64,000 nucleotides of DNA from a bacterium (GCA_049472335.1 JBLIRO010000015.1:1-64000), one strand, 5' to 3'; positions 47,699 through 58,388 are shown, counted from the stretch's first letter. Made by a program: numbers and translations. The notes: generated from the sequence alone by a model not told the origin.

Positions 47699-48238
47699 AT
47701 GTTTAAGTTATCAGACATAAGAAAACTTTTTATTTTATTGACTATTACTTTTTTGATTATGTTTATTATACCAAATTTAGCTGTTGCCGGTCATGGCGGT
47801 ATGGGCGGCGGAATGGGCATGAGCAGTATGGGCGGCTGTTGCGGTGGTATGAGTAGTTATTATGGTGGTTATTATGGTGGTTATTATCCTACCACTACGG
47901 CATCCTGGCTGGGTGGGTATGGGTATAGTCCCTATGCAACAACTATCGGAAGCCCATATTCGGCTTATGGATATTCACCTTATTACAACACCAGGATCGG
48001 TAGTTTGCTCGGAACATCCCTGGGAGGATACGGCGGACTTTACGGTTATGGAGGGGGAGTCTCAAACACCTATACTACTTATGTTCCAGGCGGTCAGATA
48101 AGTACGACAGTTCCTAGTTATGGCGGCTATGGCTATGGTTTATTAGGAGGCGGCTTAACTGGTTTAGGCGCCTATGGCTTAGGAGGTGGTTACGGTTATA
48201 ATCCATATTCCTATGGTCTTGGAACTCAATGGATTTGA
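47699..48238 (+). CDS. Secreted Gly/Tyr-rich low-complexity protein
   Basis: ATG 47699 after a G-rich SD; signal peptide ending AVA; GGMGG/GGCC then GGYG/YGY tracts. Confidence 0.8.
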   Translation: MFKLSDIRKLFILLTITFLIMFIIPNLAVAGHGGMGGGMGMSSMGGCCGGMSSYYGGYYGGYYPTTTASWLGGYGYSPYATTIGSPYSAYGYSPYYNTRIGSLLGTSLGGYGGLYGYGGGVSNTYTTYVPGGQISTTVPSYGGYGYGLLGGGLTGLGAYGLGGGYGYNPYSYGLGTQWI

Positions 48239-48295
48239 TTTACCCGATAATTAATTTATTTGTATTATATTGATTTATTAAAAAGCAGGCAGTCT

Positions 48296-48330
48296 CTTAA
48301 TCCCCTCCACTTGATGTGGAGGGGATTAAG
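48296..48330. terminator. Perfect 15-bp hairpin between convergent genes
   Basis: cttaatcccctccac-ttgat-gtggaggggattaag. Confidence 0.75.
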
Positions 48331-48340
48331 GGATTTAGGC

Positions 48341-51106
48341 CTAAATCGCAACTCTCATCAATTCATCAATGGTAGTGAGACCTTTCTTCACACAGGCAAG
48401 CCCGTTTTTTTGAAGTGTAATAAGCCCCAATTCTTCCGCTTTTTCTTGTATTCTTAGGGGTGACTCCCTGTTTAATATCATCTCCCGTATCTCATTCCAC
48501 ATGGGCAATACCTCATAGATGGCAAACCTTCCCTTATATCCTGTATGATTACAATTAGGACAACCCTTACCAGATTGAATTCTTAATCCTGAAATGTCTA
48601 CTCCCATTTTTTTAAGATAATCCAGTTGCTTGTCAGGATGCCTGGTCTCACTTATACAGTCAGGGCAGATCCTTCTCATTAATCTCTGCGCAATAATCAA
48701 GTCTACTGAAGACACCACCAGAAAAGGTTCTATACCCATCTCCAGCAATCTTGTTATTGTCTCGATTGCACTATTAGTGTGCAAAGTGCTTAAAACAAGA
48801 TGACCGGTAAGCGATGCTTTCACGGCAATCTCCGCTGTTTCCAAATCACGCATTTCACCTACCATTATGATGTCAGGATCCTGCCTTAAAAATGACCGCA
48901 AGGCCGTGGCAAAATCCAATCCGATCTTGGTATTCATCTGAAACTGATTGATGCCCGGAATATTATATTCTATCGGATCTTCAGCAGTGCTTATGTTTCT
49001 TGTGCCATCATTCAGTTTTTGAAGGATGGAATATAGTGTTGTGCTTTTTCCGCTGCCCGTAGGGCCGGTGACCAGGATCATTCCCTTGGATTTGTACATG
49101 GCCCCTGTCAATGCCTTTAAGTCTTCTTCCATCATTCCAAGTCTCAGTATGTCTATTTGGAGATTGGATTTATCAAGCAGGCGCATGACTATCTTTTCAC
49201 CGAAAGGGCCGGGAAAGGTTGACACGCGAAAGTCTACGTATCTGTCTTCCATTTTTATTTTGAACCTGCCATCCTGTGGCAGACGTCTTTCTGATATATT
49301 CAGACGAGACATAATCTTTATGCGTGAGCTTATGGCATTTCTGTACTTAAAGGGAGGATTCATCAATTGTACGAGTGAGCCGTCAACCCTAAGCCGAACC
49401 CTCAATTCATTCTCATATGGTTCGATATGGATATCGCTGGCCCTTTTAGTTATGGCTTCTTTTAAAATCAGATTGACCAGCTTAACTATAGGACCTTTAG
49501 CGTTTTCACATTCATCGATCGCAGCGGGTTCCTCTTCTTTTTCCTCTACAAATTCCAAATCCTCTTCTTCCTTGTTGATCTCCTCAATAGCCTTATCAAC
49601 CGTAACAGAAGAAGATTTGTCTCCGTTATAGAACCTGTCGATACTCTTTGCCAGGAAATATTCAGCCGCTGCAAAAGGTACGATCTTGTATCCGGAAATA
49701 AATTCAAGATCACTTATTTTCTCTATATCCCTGGGATTATCCAGAGCGGTAAAGAGCCTTTGCTCATCCATCCTAAAGGGAAGAGAATAATATCTCTTTG
49801 CATATTTTCCCGGTATGCTATCTAAAATGTGCTCAGGTATATTATGGATCTCGGAAGTATTTACTACGGATACACCTTTAAATTGCTCGGCTAAATAATT
49901 TATTAGGTCTTTCTCCGATGCGTAATGAAGTGCTGCAAGATTGAACTGAAAGCTCCTTCCATTTGTTTTTCTTGACTCAAGTACCTTTTGCAATTGGATC
50001 TTTGATATCTTTTCATCAGAATAAAGTCTATGCCCTAGTGTCTCATCTACCAGATATTTGTCTGTGGTATTGTGAGAATTGCAGATCTTGTGTAATGTAT
50101 TAGTTTGGGTCAGGTATGTATCTACGTTGTCCTCTTGTTTTAGGTTATTTGTTATTTTATTGATAAAAATATTAGACAGGTTGTGCAAACCTTCTCTTTG
50201 CTGTTCCAGCCGGTCCAATTCCGATAAGATTGAATAAAAAATCTCCGTTACACTTTTTCTGATTTGCCAGGATTTATCATCCAGCCTTCTGGAATAATGA
50301 TGTATTATTTCATTGACCTTATTGATGTTTCCGTTTGATAGAAATTCTATGATTTTTCCCTTGATTTCATCATTATATTCTGAAAAAAAATCAGAATCGC
50401 TATCCTCTAAGCCTTCCCCGATTATAGTGATTTTAGGTGGCTCCTCTGATGGGGATTCCTCTGATTCGTCAAATATAAGATTGTCCACTTCATTAAGTTC
50501 AAGTATTTCCACTTCATTAAGTTCAAGATTATTGTTTTCTTTTAATGAGGGGTTTTCAGATTCCTCAAGTGTAAGCCTGCCCGTTTCCTCCGGGGATGAT
50601 TCATTGGCAGAATAACTATCTAAATCTTTATCTTTTATTTCCTTTATTTTTAATGATCCTTGGGATATCCTTTCGTATTTTATCTCATTGACCATTATTT
50701 TAGATATGCTCTCTTTCTTAAGGATTTTTGCAATACCACCATTTTCAGTCAATTCTTCGGGCTGTTTGGAGAGAAAAATCAAAAAGGTTTTTAACTCTGC
50801 TTGAGTTAATCCTTCTAAAAAACTGATACTTTCAATATTTCTTTTTATAAGGTCTGAGAGAAACTTCGAAGAGAAATTATATTTACCGTTAATTGGAATA
50901 TTTTCAACTAATAGTGTGCCTTCACCGATACTAGTTGTTAATATTTTTTTCTTTTTGAGGATATAATTAAGCATCTGATAGAATTTTTCTATAGGATTGA
51001 GTGCGCCAGGATGATTCAGCGGATAGGAGCCTATTCCTTTGATACTAAGGTATAGGAGTTTTATGGTATCTTGTAGTACTTCCTTATGGCCATATATCCA
51101 AGACAT
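48341..51106 (-). CDS. PilB/GspE-family assembly ATPase with a long N-terminal extension
   Basis: ASDIHIEP, RLPQDGR, GPTGSGKST, EDPIE, LRQDPDIIMVGEMRD, TGHLVLSTLHTN, CPDC/CPNC. Confidence 0.92.
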   Translation of the reverse strand: MSWIYGHKEVLQDTIKLLYLSIKGIGSYPLNHPGALNPIEKFYQMLNYILKKKKILTTSIGEGTLLVENIPINGKYNFSSKFLSDLIKRNIESISFLEGLTQAELKTFLIFLSKQPEELTENGGIAKILKKESISKIMVNEIKYERISQGSLKIKEIKDKDLDSYSANESSPEETGRLTLEESENPSLKENNNLELNEVEILELNEVDNLIFDESEESPSEEPPKITIIGEGLEDSDSDFFSEYNDEIKGKIIEFLSNGNINKVNEIIHHYSRRLDDKSWQIRKSVTEIFYSILSELDRLEQQREGLHNLSNIFINKITNNLKQEDNVDTYLTQTNTLHKICNSHNTTDKYLVDETLGHRLYSDEKISKIQLQKVLESRKTNGRSFQFNLAALHYASEKDLINYLAEQFKGVSVVNTSEIHNIPEHILDSIPGKYAKRYYSLPFRMDEQRLFTALDNPRDIEKISDLEFISGYKIVPFAAAEYFLAKSIDRFYNGDKSSSVTVDKAIEEINKEEEDLEFVEEKEEEPAAIDECENAKGPIVKLVNLILKEAITKRASDIHIEPYENELRVRLRVDGSLVQLMNPPFKYRNAISSRIKIMSRLNISERRLPQDGRFKIKMEDRYVDFRVSTFPGPFGEKIVMRLLDKSNLQIDILRLGMMEEDLKALTGAMYKSKGMILVTGPTGSGKSTTLYSILQKLNDGTRNISTAEDPIEYNIPGINQFQMNTKIGLDFATALRSFLRQDPDIIMVGEMRDLETAEIAVKASLTGHLVLSTLHTNSAIETITRLLEMGIEPFLVVSSVDLIIAQRLMRRICPDCISETRHPDKQLDYLKKMGVDISGLRIQSGKGCPNCNHTGYKGRFAIYEVLPMWNEIREMILNRESPLRIQEKAEELGLITLQKNGLACVKKGLTTIDELMRVAI

Positions 51107-51254
51107 TGTTTCTCCTCAAAATCCGGACTCAATTTAAATTAATCCCACATTTTCTTTCCTCCCCTATCTTCTTCTTTCTTGCACTCTGAGGCTCGAAGAT
51201 TCTGTCAATCTTTAAAATGTTTCGCTTAAATAAAAATCGACTGTATTTAAGCCA

Positions 51255-51270
51255 AGCAAAACATATGCCA
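51255..51270 (-). promoter_or_regulatory. Sigma54 promoter for the PilB-like ATPase
   Basis: TGGCAT-ATGTT-TTGCT near-consensus, about 150 bp upstream of the ATG. Confidence 0.7.
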
Positions 51271-51363
51271 AAATTTGATTATCCTGATATATTGATTTTT
51301 AGATATTTCTGCTGTTGGCAGTCATAAAAAAATGATATTATTCTGATCAATGGAGTAGTATTT

Positions 51364-54219
51364 TTATACATTTTCGAGATTATAAAGATAATAATAGATA
51401 TTGCGGAGTCTAATAAGCTCATCATGACTTCCTTGTTCTGCGAGTTTACCCTTCTCGAGAACTATTATTATATCCGCATGTTCTATATTCTTCATATCAT
51501 TCTCAATTATAAAGCAGGTTCGACCTTCCATAAGCTTTTTCATATTTTCCTTGAAGGCCTTTTCAGAATACTTATCTAAAAAATTAGTTGCATTGTCAAA
51601 AACAAGTATGGAAGGATTGTGATAAACAGCCCTTGCGATTGCAATGCACTGCCTTTGGCTTGCAGATAATGCCATCCCTCTTTCACCCACTCGGGTGTCG
51701 TATCCCAGGAGTAAATTTTCTATGAATACATGAGCATTGCTTAATCTTGCCGCCCTTAGTATTTGATCCATATCCGGGTCCTTTTCACCAAGGGCTATAT
51801 TATTAGCTATTGTGCCGTCAAAGATATAATTTTCCTGAAGCACGATACCGAAATGTTTTCTGAGGTCTCTGTGGTTTATCCTTTTTAGATCGATGTTATC
51901 ATAAAAGATTGTGCCTTCGGTTGGTTCCAAAAGACCGGCGAGGCATTTAATCAAAGTAGTTTTACCCGAACTGTTGCGGCCCACTATGGCAACTTTTTTG
52001 CCGGGCGGGACCTCAAAACTGATATCAGTGAGTATCTTGGGGGACCCAGGGCCTCCGTATTGAAACCCCACTTTTTGAAAACGTATCTTCCCTTCAAAGG
52101 TCCTGACAGGTTTAATATCAGAATGATTGACACCCTGCTCCGGGTCCTGTTCAAATATATCATTCAACCGGCTTGAGGGTCCTGAAACAGACTGCATATT
52201 TTGCCATACGGAAAGTAAACCAGTAATGGACTCGTTTGCAAGTAATGCAAAAAAACAAAAAGCAACCAAGCCCCCGATAGTTAATCTGGCGCTTATAACC
52301 TGATAAGCACCCAGCCACCCAAAAAGGGCCATAGGAAGAAAGGTAGTAATCCGAATAACTCCATCGTAAAACATAAAATTGAAGTTTGTATTAATAAGGG
52401 GTTGAGCAGTATTCTGAAACAGTGCGAGGGCCTTTTCCTCTACAGCATCTTCCGCTCCCATGGCCTTCAGGTTTTCTATCCCTTGGAGAATATCAAGCTG
52501 GGAGGAAAGGTGTTTCCTGAAAAACTCTTCAAAAAAATTATAGCCGACCTTTAGCCTTTGGGCAAAATATTTTATAATTATCAGATATATAGGCACTGCG
52601 GTGAGGAAGATCAAACCAAGTTTTGGGCTATAAAAAAACATCAGTATAATGGCAATGGATAATTGAACTATACATCCGAGGATATTGATACTGTTCTTCA
52701 CCAGAAAATCCAGCAATGGCCTTATCCCTGCGATACGATTCTGTATTTCTGCCCTATGTCTCATATTAAAATAATCCATTGGAAGGTCCAGGATTTTACG
52801 AATAAGGCATTCCATCGCAGATATATTAAAATGCGCTGCAGCGAAACTTAATAGATACCTCTGCGCTGCCATAAAAAGAAGAGCCAGAAATAAAACCGAA
52901 AACATAGAAACAGCACATATGGAAAGCAAGCCTGTGTTTTCTCCGACAATGGCACCGTCCACTATAATTTTAAGAAATACCGGCAATGACATCTGAAAGG
53001 CGCTAATGGCTATGGTAAGTGCTAAAACCTTCAATATGGTTTGTTTGAAAGGACGGAAAAAGGGCCATAACCAGTGTAAAAAAAGTTTTCCCTTAAGGGA
53101 CAGGCTAACGTTATTACCCAAATACCGGCAAACCATTACAAGGCTCGCTGATGCACGATCCTCTTTTTCTCCCTGCCAGGTGTATGGAAAGGCCTTTATC
53201 TTCTTTTTCGATCTCTTAACGGAGCACCCTTCCATTGAAGCAAAAGGGCCAGGGCCGGCGCTTAAGAAAGCGCCGGAATATTCAACTTCCTGTTTTTCAT
53301 GTTCAGGCCCGGGCTCTTTGTTGACTTTAATATCATCAGGAAATATCCCTTCATTAAAATCCAATGGCACATTAGCAATGCATCTGTAATCATATTGAGA
53401 GATTCTTTCCTCAATCTGAGTAATGAATTCGGGATAGTTCTCTATCATCATTTTAAAGCTTTCCCGCATAAGCAAAAGCAACTTACAAGGAGAATGGGCC
53501 TGAACAGAGGCTGAACGCTTGATCCCATTAAACATGGACAATTCTCCGAAGAAATCCCCTTTTCTTAGAAAAGCTCTATATATTCGATTGCCATTTTCTT
53601 CAGTAAAAACCCTAAGCCTGCCATCTTCGATTATATACATAGGGCCGGGTTCATCCCCTTGCCGAATAATAAATTCTCCCTCATTGACAGATATCTCTTT
53701 AGCCTCGGAAAGTATTGTTTTCAGCCCGGCAATCGGTAGATGTAAAAAAGGAGTGTATTCCAGGAAAAAATTATGTAGATTTCGATATTTTATCTGGAGT
53801 TCAAAAAATTCCTTGATATCCGGATTGTTTTCTATCAATGACCTGAATATGGATGAATCGAGCCTGTAGGCAAGGATATCGCTGCTGGCACGAACCGTTG
53901 CTGTTCTTTTTTTTTCTGTCTGAGATAACAGACCCATTTCTCCGAAAGTGTCTCCCGGACGGAGAAGGTATAAGGAAATCTCTTTCCCATTTGTATCCAT
54001 CTTGACCACACGCGCTCGTCCAGATGCCAAAATATAAAATGCATCAGCAGGCTCACCCTCTTGCACGACTGTCTTCCCGAAAGGATACGATACCTGGACA
54101 AAGCTATTGATGACAATTTTTTTTACGTCTTTTGGTAACAGTGCAAAAATAGGTTGATTATAAAGAACGGAACAAGGATTTTCCATAAATTTTACTCCTT
54201 GTAGGAAACGGGTTTCCAT
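51364..54219 (-). CDS. HlyB/PCAT-like ABC exporter with two cNMP-binding domains, vestigial C39 domain and degenerate NBD (start may be 54186)
   Basis: Two GD(T/F)FGE..R(T/S)A(T/S)V cNMP domains; 6-TM region; GRNSSGKTT, LSASQ, LVFDN. Confidence 0.85.
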   Translation of the reverse strand: METRFLQGVKFMENPCSVLYNQPIFALLPKDVKKIVINSFVQVSYPFGKTVVQEGEPADAFYILASGRARVVKMDTNGKEISLYLLRPGDTFGEMGLLSQTEKKRTATVRASSDILAYRLDSSIFRSLIENNPDIKEFFELQIKYRNLHNFFLEYTPFLHLPIAGLKTILSEAKEISVNEGEFIIRQGDEPGPMYIIEDGRLRVFTEENGNRIYRAFLRKGDFFGELSMFNGIKRSASVQAHSPCKLLLLMRESFKMMIENYPEFITQIEERISQYDYRCIANVPLDFNEGIFPDDIKVNKEPGPEHEKQEVEYSGAFLSAGPGPFASMEGCSVKRSKKKIKAFPYTWQGEKEDRASASLVMVCRYLGNNVSLSLKGKLFLHWLWPFFRPFKQTILKVLALTIAISAFQMSLPVFLKIIVDGAIVGENTGLLSICAVSMFSVLFLALLFMAAQRYLLSFAAAHFNISAMECLIRKILDLPMDYFNMRHRAEIQNRIAGIRPLLDFLVKNSINILGCIVQLSIAIILMFFYSPKLGLIFLTAVPIYLIIIKYFAQRLKVGYNFFEEFFRKHLSSQLDILQGIENLKAMGAEDAVEEKALALFQNTAQPLINTNFNFMFYDGVIRITTFLPMALFGWLGAYQVISARLTIGGLVAFCFFALLANESITGLLSVWQNMQSVSGPSSRLNDIFEQDPEQGVNHSDIKPVRTFEGKIRFQKVGFQYGGPGSPKILTDISFEVPPGKKVAIVGRNSSGKTTLIKCLAGLLEPTEGTIFYDNIDLKRINHRDLRKHFGIVLQENYIFDGTIANNIALGEKDPDMDQILRAARLSNAHVFIENLLLGYDTRVGERGMALSASQRQCIAIARAVYHNPSILVFDNATNFLDKYSEKAFKENMKKLMEGRTCFIIENDMKNIEHADIIIVLEKGKLAEQGSHDELIRLRNIYYYLYNLENV

Positions 54220-55283
54220 CGGAGCCCGTAGAGGGTTTCATAATCAATCAAATTTTGCAAAATGCTCTTTTTGGCCTTTTCTTTTATACATGGATCCTTT
54301 TCAGAAGGCATTACCTTATCGGAAATCAAAAAAAGGGTAGGCCTTCCCGCAAGATCCAATGGACCTACTAATTCATTCTTTTGAGCATGTAGAAAATGGG
54401 TATGCAGGGAAGAATCGATACAGTCCAGGTAATAATGGCCCTTTTGAATCCGGCTGTTCAATCTTTCAGCCATATCGCCAAGCCTTTCTCCATCATCCCT
54501 TACACAAAGGATTGCTTCCCTGGCTATCTGCTCATCCTGAAATGAGACGGACATGAAATCAATCCTTATCCAATCAAAATTATGAAGTCTGATTTGTTCA
54601 TTTATTGCATCCGAGGTAAAGGCCTGACTACAGAAATGTTGATAGTAAATCTCTGAACATGCCAGGATCTCCAATTTTTTTTCGCAAACTTCGAAGGAAA
54701 ATCCCCTCCAGTCACTATTTCTTAGATTTGCATTGTATGTATTTAAAAGCGCCTTCAAATCTCTTTCTCTTAATATCTCAGATTGGTCAACAACTGATTC
54801 CTTTTTTTGCTTTTCATACTTTTCATAAATGGATAACCTGCCAGCCATTTTTTGGCATACTGAAAAAAGCCGCCCGGAACATATTGCTTCTGCCTTAAGA
54901 TTAAGAGAAATCTCCTGGTCGGTAACCGGAAAGCCGGATATTATTTCAGGTAACTGTTCTGCCCACTTCTTTCTAAGGATGGAAATACAGATGAATTTCA
55001 TCAAATCTATGGTTTTCAGATCCCATTGTTTCAGCCATTTCTCTGCTTCATCAACAGAGAGGAATTCATGCTCATTCAGAAATTCTTTTATTGCCGAATT
55101 CATCTCTTCATTGGTTGGTGATTCAGCCATACAGCGCATCCTTTTTACACATGCCAGTCCTTTGCGAACATCCTCTTTGAGATTGCTCCAATACCCCCAG
55201 GCTACTGCTGCAAGTAGAACATCTCCCCAATAATATTGATTGCTTCCCATATTAAAAGCCGGCTTATTTAACAGTGAATCCAT
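54192..55283 (-). CDS. Hypothetical partner of the ABC exporter with a PPIase/rotamase-like C-terminal part
   Basis: Coupled to the exporter; AREAILCVRDDGE....ELVGPL resembles parvulin-like partners in such clusters. Confidence 0.6.
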   Translation of the reverse strand: MDSLLNKPAFNMGSNQYYWGDVLLAAVAWGYWSNLKEDVRKGLACVKRMRCMAESPTNEEMNSAIKEFLNEHEFLSVDEAEKWLKQWDLKTIDLMKFICISILRKKWAEQLPEIISGFPVTDQEISLNLKAEAICSGRLFSVCQKMAGRLSIYEKYEKQKKESVVDQSEILRERDLKALLNTYNANLRNSDWRGFSFEVCEKKLEILACSEIYYQHFCSQAFTSDAINEQIRLHNFDWIRIDFMSVSFQDEQIAREAILCVRDDGERLGDMAERLNSRIQKGHYYLDCIDSSLHTHFLHAQKNELVGPLDLAGRPTLFLISDKVMPSEKDPCIKEKAKKSILQNLIDYETLYGLRWKPVSYKE

Positions 55284-55600
55284 AAAATGGGCTTCCTCCT
55301 GTAAAAGGGTTTTTCACCTCAATTTATACCGTATCCAAATTCAATACCTATCGTATAAATTTACCCTTTTGCCCACGTCATGAACCACTCAACGGTGTGC
55401 ATAGCGGAATGGATTATGAGGTTCTTTTTACCTATATCGGCAATATTATAAAAATTCTCCAAGCTTAATTGTAAAAACTTTCAGCAATTGCTAAAATTTT
55501 GGCAAATGGGATTTTATCGCAGCTCTTGGCAAATCAGCTACGTTTTTATTTTTGTTTGCCCGGCTCCATATTTAACTATTAATTTTGAACCAAAAAGTAA

Positions 55601-55936
55601 ATGACTGCTATTGAATGGAAAGATCTGCTGAATTTCATCCTGAAAAATTTTATCATTCGGTATGAAGATTTTGGAAAGAAAGAGTATCATCCGTATAGAG
55701 AAAGACATATTGTAGGTTTTATCCGATTTGAGGAAAGTGAGATCTTTTTTGATAAAGATATCAGTGGAAAAACCGAAGAATTGACATGGGCTCACGAAGC
55801 CCTGAGTATATACTATTATCATATCTTAAAGATCATTAGGCATGATGATGAAATAGAAAATGAAGCCAGAGAATTATGCGAAGATACCAGATTTTGTGAT
55901 ATCCTGAAGGAATATATTAAAAGGGGACGGAGTTAG
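55601..55936 (+). CDS. Hypothetical protein
   Basis: 111-aa ORF filling an intergenic gap; no recognisable motif. Confidence 0.5.
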   Translation: MTAIEWKDLLNFILKNFIIRYEDFGKKEYHPYRERHIVGFIRFEESEIFFDKDISGKTEELTWAHEALSIYYYHILKIIRHDDEIENEARELCEDTRFCDILKEYIKRGRS

Positions 55937-55975
55937 TTTATTAGTTTAAGGCATTCTACTCGACATATTTTTTAA

Positions 55976-57661
55976 TCAATACTCCATATTGTCAAGTTGC
56001 CTATAGCCCAAAACCATGGGTATGACTCCCACGATGACGGTTGCCGCAACAGTTACAAGCCATGAAAGTGTTATCAGTGACCGGAATGTCCTTACAGAAA
56101 TGGCGGAATTTACCTCGTAACTATAAAAGATCCCTAAAAAGGGCCCTATCAATATAATCACATAAAATAGAGCAATAATGAAATTAAGGGTCCCGCCAAA
56201 ACCAGAGACAATCTTTGCGGAATTCTCCTCCTTAAAATTTGGGTAGACGGACCCAAGACCTATGGATAGCCCGACAAGACCAAAACTTGCAAGTCCTGCG
56301 ATTCCACAGGATATATATGTCATGGATTGGCTTGTTTTTAGGATAACATTGGTGGCAAACATCAGGGATTCGCTTACCAGCAGGATGCCTGTAAGATACA
56401 TGAAAAATTTTTGAAAGATCAGTCTTCGAAAGGTTATCGGGGCAAGGCCGAGCACCCATATCTTTTTGCCTTCAAGACTTATCAAAGGAAAAAGGAATCT
56501 CACTGTAAGCGAGGCCAGTACAAGGACAGTGGCCATTAGGTTTAGAAATGTAATATTTACCCTCCAGAATGGGCTGATCGCCTCTGTTGGAATATTTCTC
56601 AAATTAAAGATATAAATCCCCAGGATACTGAAGTAAACGAGAAATTGTGACCATTGGCCGGGATCCCTTATAAAAAGCTTTATATCTTTTATTATCATGG
56701 TAACCGTTGAGCGCGGAAGGAAAAACAAAAGATAAGCCACAAGATTTACAGGGCTTTTTTTTACAGGATACAATCTTTCTTTTTTTCCTCCTTTATAAGA
56801 CGCCCATCCGGAATAAAAGCTTTTTTTGGCGACAAACCAATTGATTTGCAGCAAGAAAAGCGTGGTTGTTGAAAAGGTGAGGAAATAAAAAAGGGCGTTG
56901 CTAAAACTGTTGATACTTGAGCTGATAATAGACTTCGAGATCCAGTAACCAGGGAAGAGGGGATGCCTGAAGAAACGCAAATGATGGAGCAGGTCGTTCA
57001 TTATAAATTCCATTTCGGTTTTTGCTGAAAAAGCTGGCTGTACATTTATTTTGTAAGCCCAATATAGCAGAATGAGGACAGAAAGGATTACAAAAATAAG
57101 CACATATTTAAGCTTTTGGAAATCCATAAATCTCATAAGTGCAAGTATAATCAGCGATGCCAGGGCTGTAGGCATTATGAGAAAGGGTATGAAGTAAAAA
57201 GGGATTGAGATGTAAAACCAAAAGGGAACATGTTTGACAAGGGCGAAGGCAATAATGAACGGGATCCCCATAAACAGAAAGGTCCATGAGCTAAATATAA
57301 CAGACTGCATGAAGCGATAGAAGAATATAATCGTGTCCTGTATAGGTTTAGAGAATAAAAAATCAACCTCGGAAGTGGTATAAAAGGTTATATAGCAGAC
57401 AATTATGCTGCTCAAAGTAAGCATTATAAAAAGGGCGGCAAAAAAGAGATATATGACTTCATCCACAAGTATTGACCCAACAAGCGGAAATCTGTTTATG
57501 AACCTGAATCCTTTATAGGATATCCCCAACGCCCCAAACCAGAAGATAAAGGCACAGGTGATAAGAAAAACCGTTTTTAGAAGCGGTTCTTGCTTAATCT
57601 GTGTAACATGGTTTTTAAGTATCCATCTCTGGGCCTTTATAAGACCCGCTAAACCGTCCAT
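55976..57661 (-). CDS. Putative ABC exporter permease (multi-pass)
   Basis: Many TM helices; EVDFLFSKP, KDIKLFIRD, ISLEGK..W..LAP motifs. Confidence 0.85.
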   Translation of the reverse strand: MDGLAGLIKAQRWILKNHVTQIKQEPLLKTVFLITCAFIFWFGALGISYKGFRFINRFPLVGSILVDEVIYLFFAALFIMLTLSSIIVCYITFYTTSEVDFLFSKPIQDTIIFFYRFMQSVIFSSWTFLFMGIPFIIAFALVKHVPFWFYISIPFYFIPFLIMPTALASLIILALMRFMDFQKLKYVLIFVILSVLILLYWAYKINVQPAFSAKTEMEFIMNDLLHHLRFFRHPLFPGYWISKSIISSSINSFSNALFYFLTFSTTTLFLLQINWFVAKKSFYSGWASYKGGKKERLYPVKKSPVNLVAYLLFFLPRSTVTMIIKDIKLFIRDPGQWSQFLVYFSILGIYIFNLRNIPTEAISPFWRVNITFLNLMATVLVLASLTVRFLFPLISLEGKKIWVLGLAPITFRRLIFQKFFMYLTGILLVSESLMFATNVILKTSQSMTYISCGIAGLASFGLVGLSIGLGSVYPNFKEENSAKIVSGFGGTLNFIIALFYVIILIGPFLGIFYSYEVNSAISVRTFRSLITLSWLVTVAATVIVGVIPMVLGYRQLDNMEY

Positions 57662-57665
57662 ATTC

Positions 57666-58388
57666 CTAAGCCTCTGCAGTTATTTTTAAAAATACATCTT
57701 CTAATCCACCTGTTTTTTGTTCCGCATTTTTTATTTCCTCCACCGTTCCCAGACTGATCAATTTACCCTTGTTTATTATTCCGACGCGGTCTGCCATCTC
57801 TTCCGCCAGACTCAGGGTATGCGTGGCCATAAAGATGGTGGTGCCATGTCGGGCCCGGTCTTTCAGTATGTCCTTTACCAGGCGAGCGCTCCTCGGGTCC
57901 AGACCCACCATGGGTTCATCGATCACAATCAGCCTGGGATGATGAAGCAGTGCCGAGCATATAACGATCTTTTGTCTCATCCCATGAGAATAGTTTTGCA
58001 TGAGCATGTCACCATAATCCTGCATATAAAAAAGGCCGAGCAGATGCTCCACCTCCTCTTCATAATGACTTTTATTCAGATTATAAAGCTCACCTATGAA
58101 ATATAGAAATTCCCTGCCTGTTAGTTTTTCATATACATAGGGAACATCAGGGACATAACTGATAAGCTTTTTGGCCGAAATGCACTTTTGGGCCATATCA
58201 TGCCCATCCACAAGGACTTTTCCTGAGCTGGGACGTAAAAGCCCTGCTATTATCTTCAGGGTAGTGGTTTTCCCGGCTCCGTTCGGGCCAAGAAAGGCAA
58301 AAAATTCACCATCCGGTATATCAAGGTTCAGGTTGTCTACAGCAGATACCTTCCCAAACCTTTTTGTTAATTCATTGATCTCGATCAT
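57666..58388 (-). CDS. ABC transporter ATP-binding protein
   Basis: GPNGAGKTT, YSHGMRQ, VIDEP, ATH. Confidence 0.95.
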   Translation of the reverse strand: MIEINELTKRFGKVSAVDNLNLDIPDGEFFAFLGPNGAGKTTTLKIIAGLLRPSSGKVLVDGHDMAQKCISAKKLISYVPDVPYVYEKLTGREFLYFIGELYNLNKSHYEEEVEHLLGLFYMQDYGDMLMQNYSHGMRQKIVICSALLHHPRLIVIDEPMVGLDPRSARLVKDILKDRARHGTTIFMATHTLSLAEEMADRVGIINKGKLISLGTVEEIKNAEQKTGGLEDVFLKITAEA

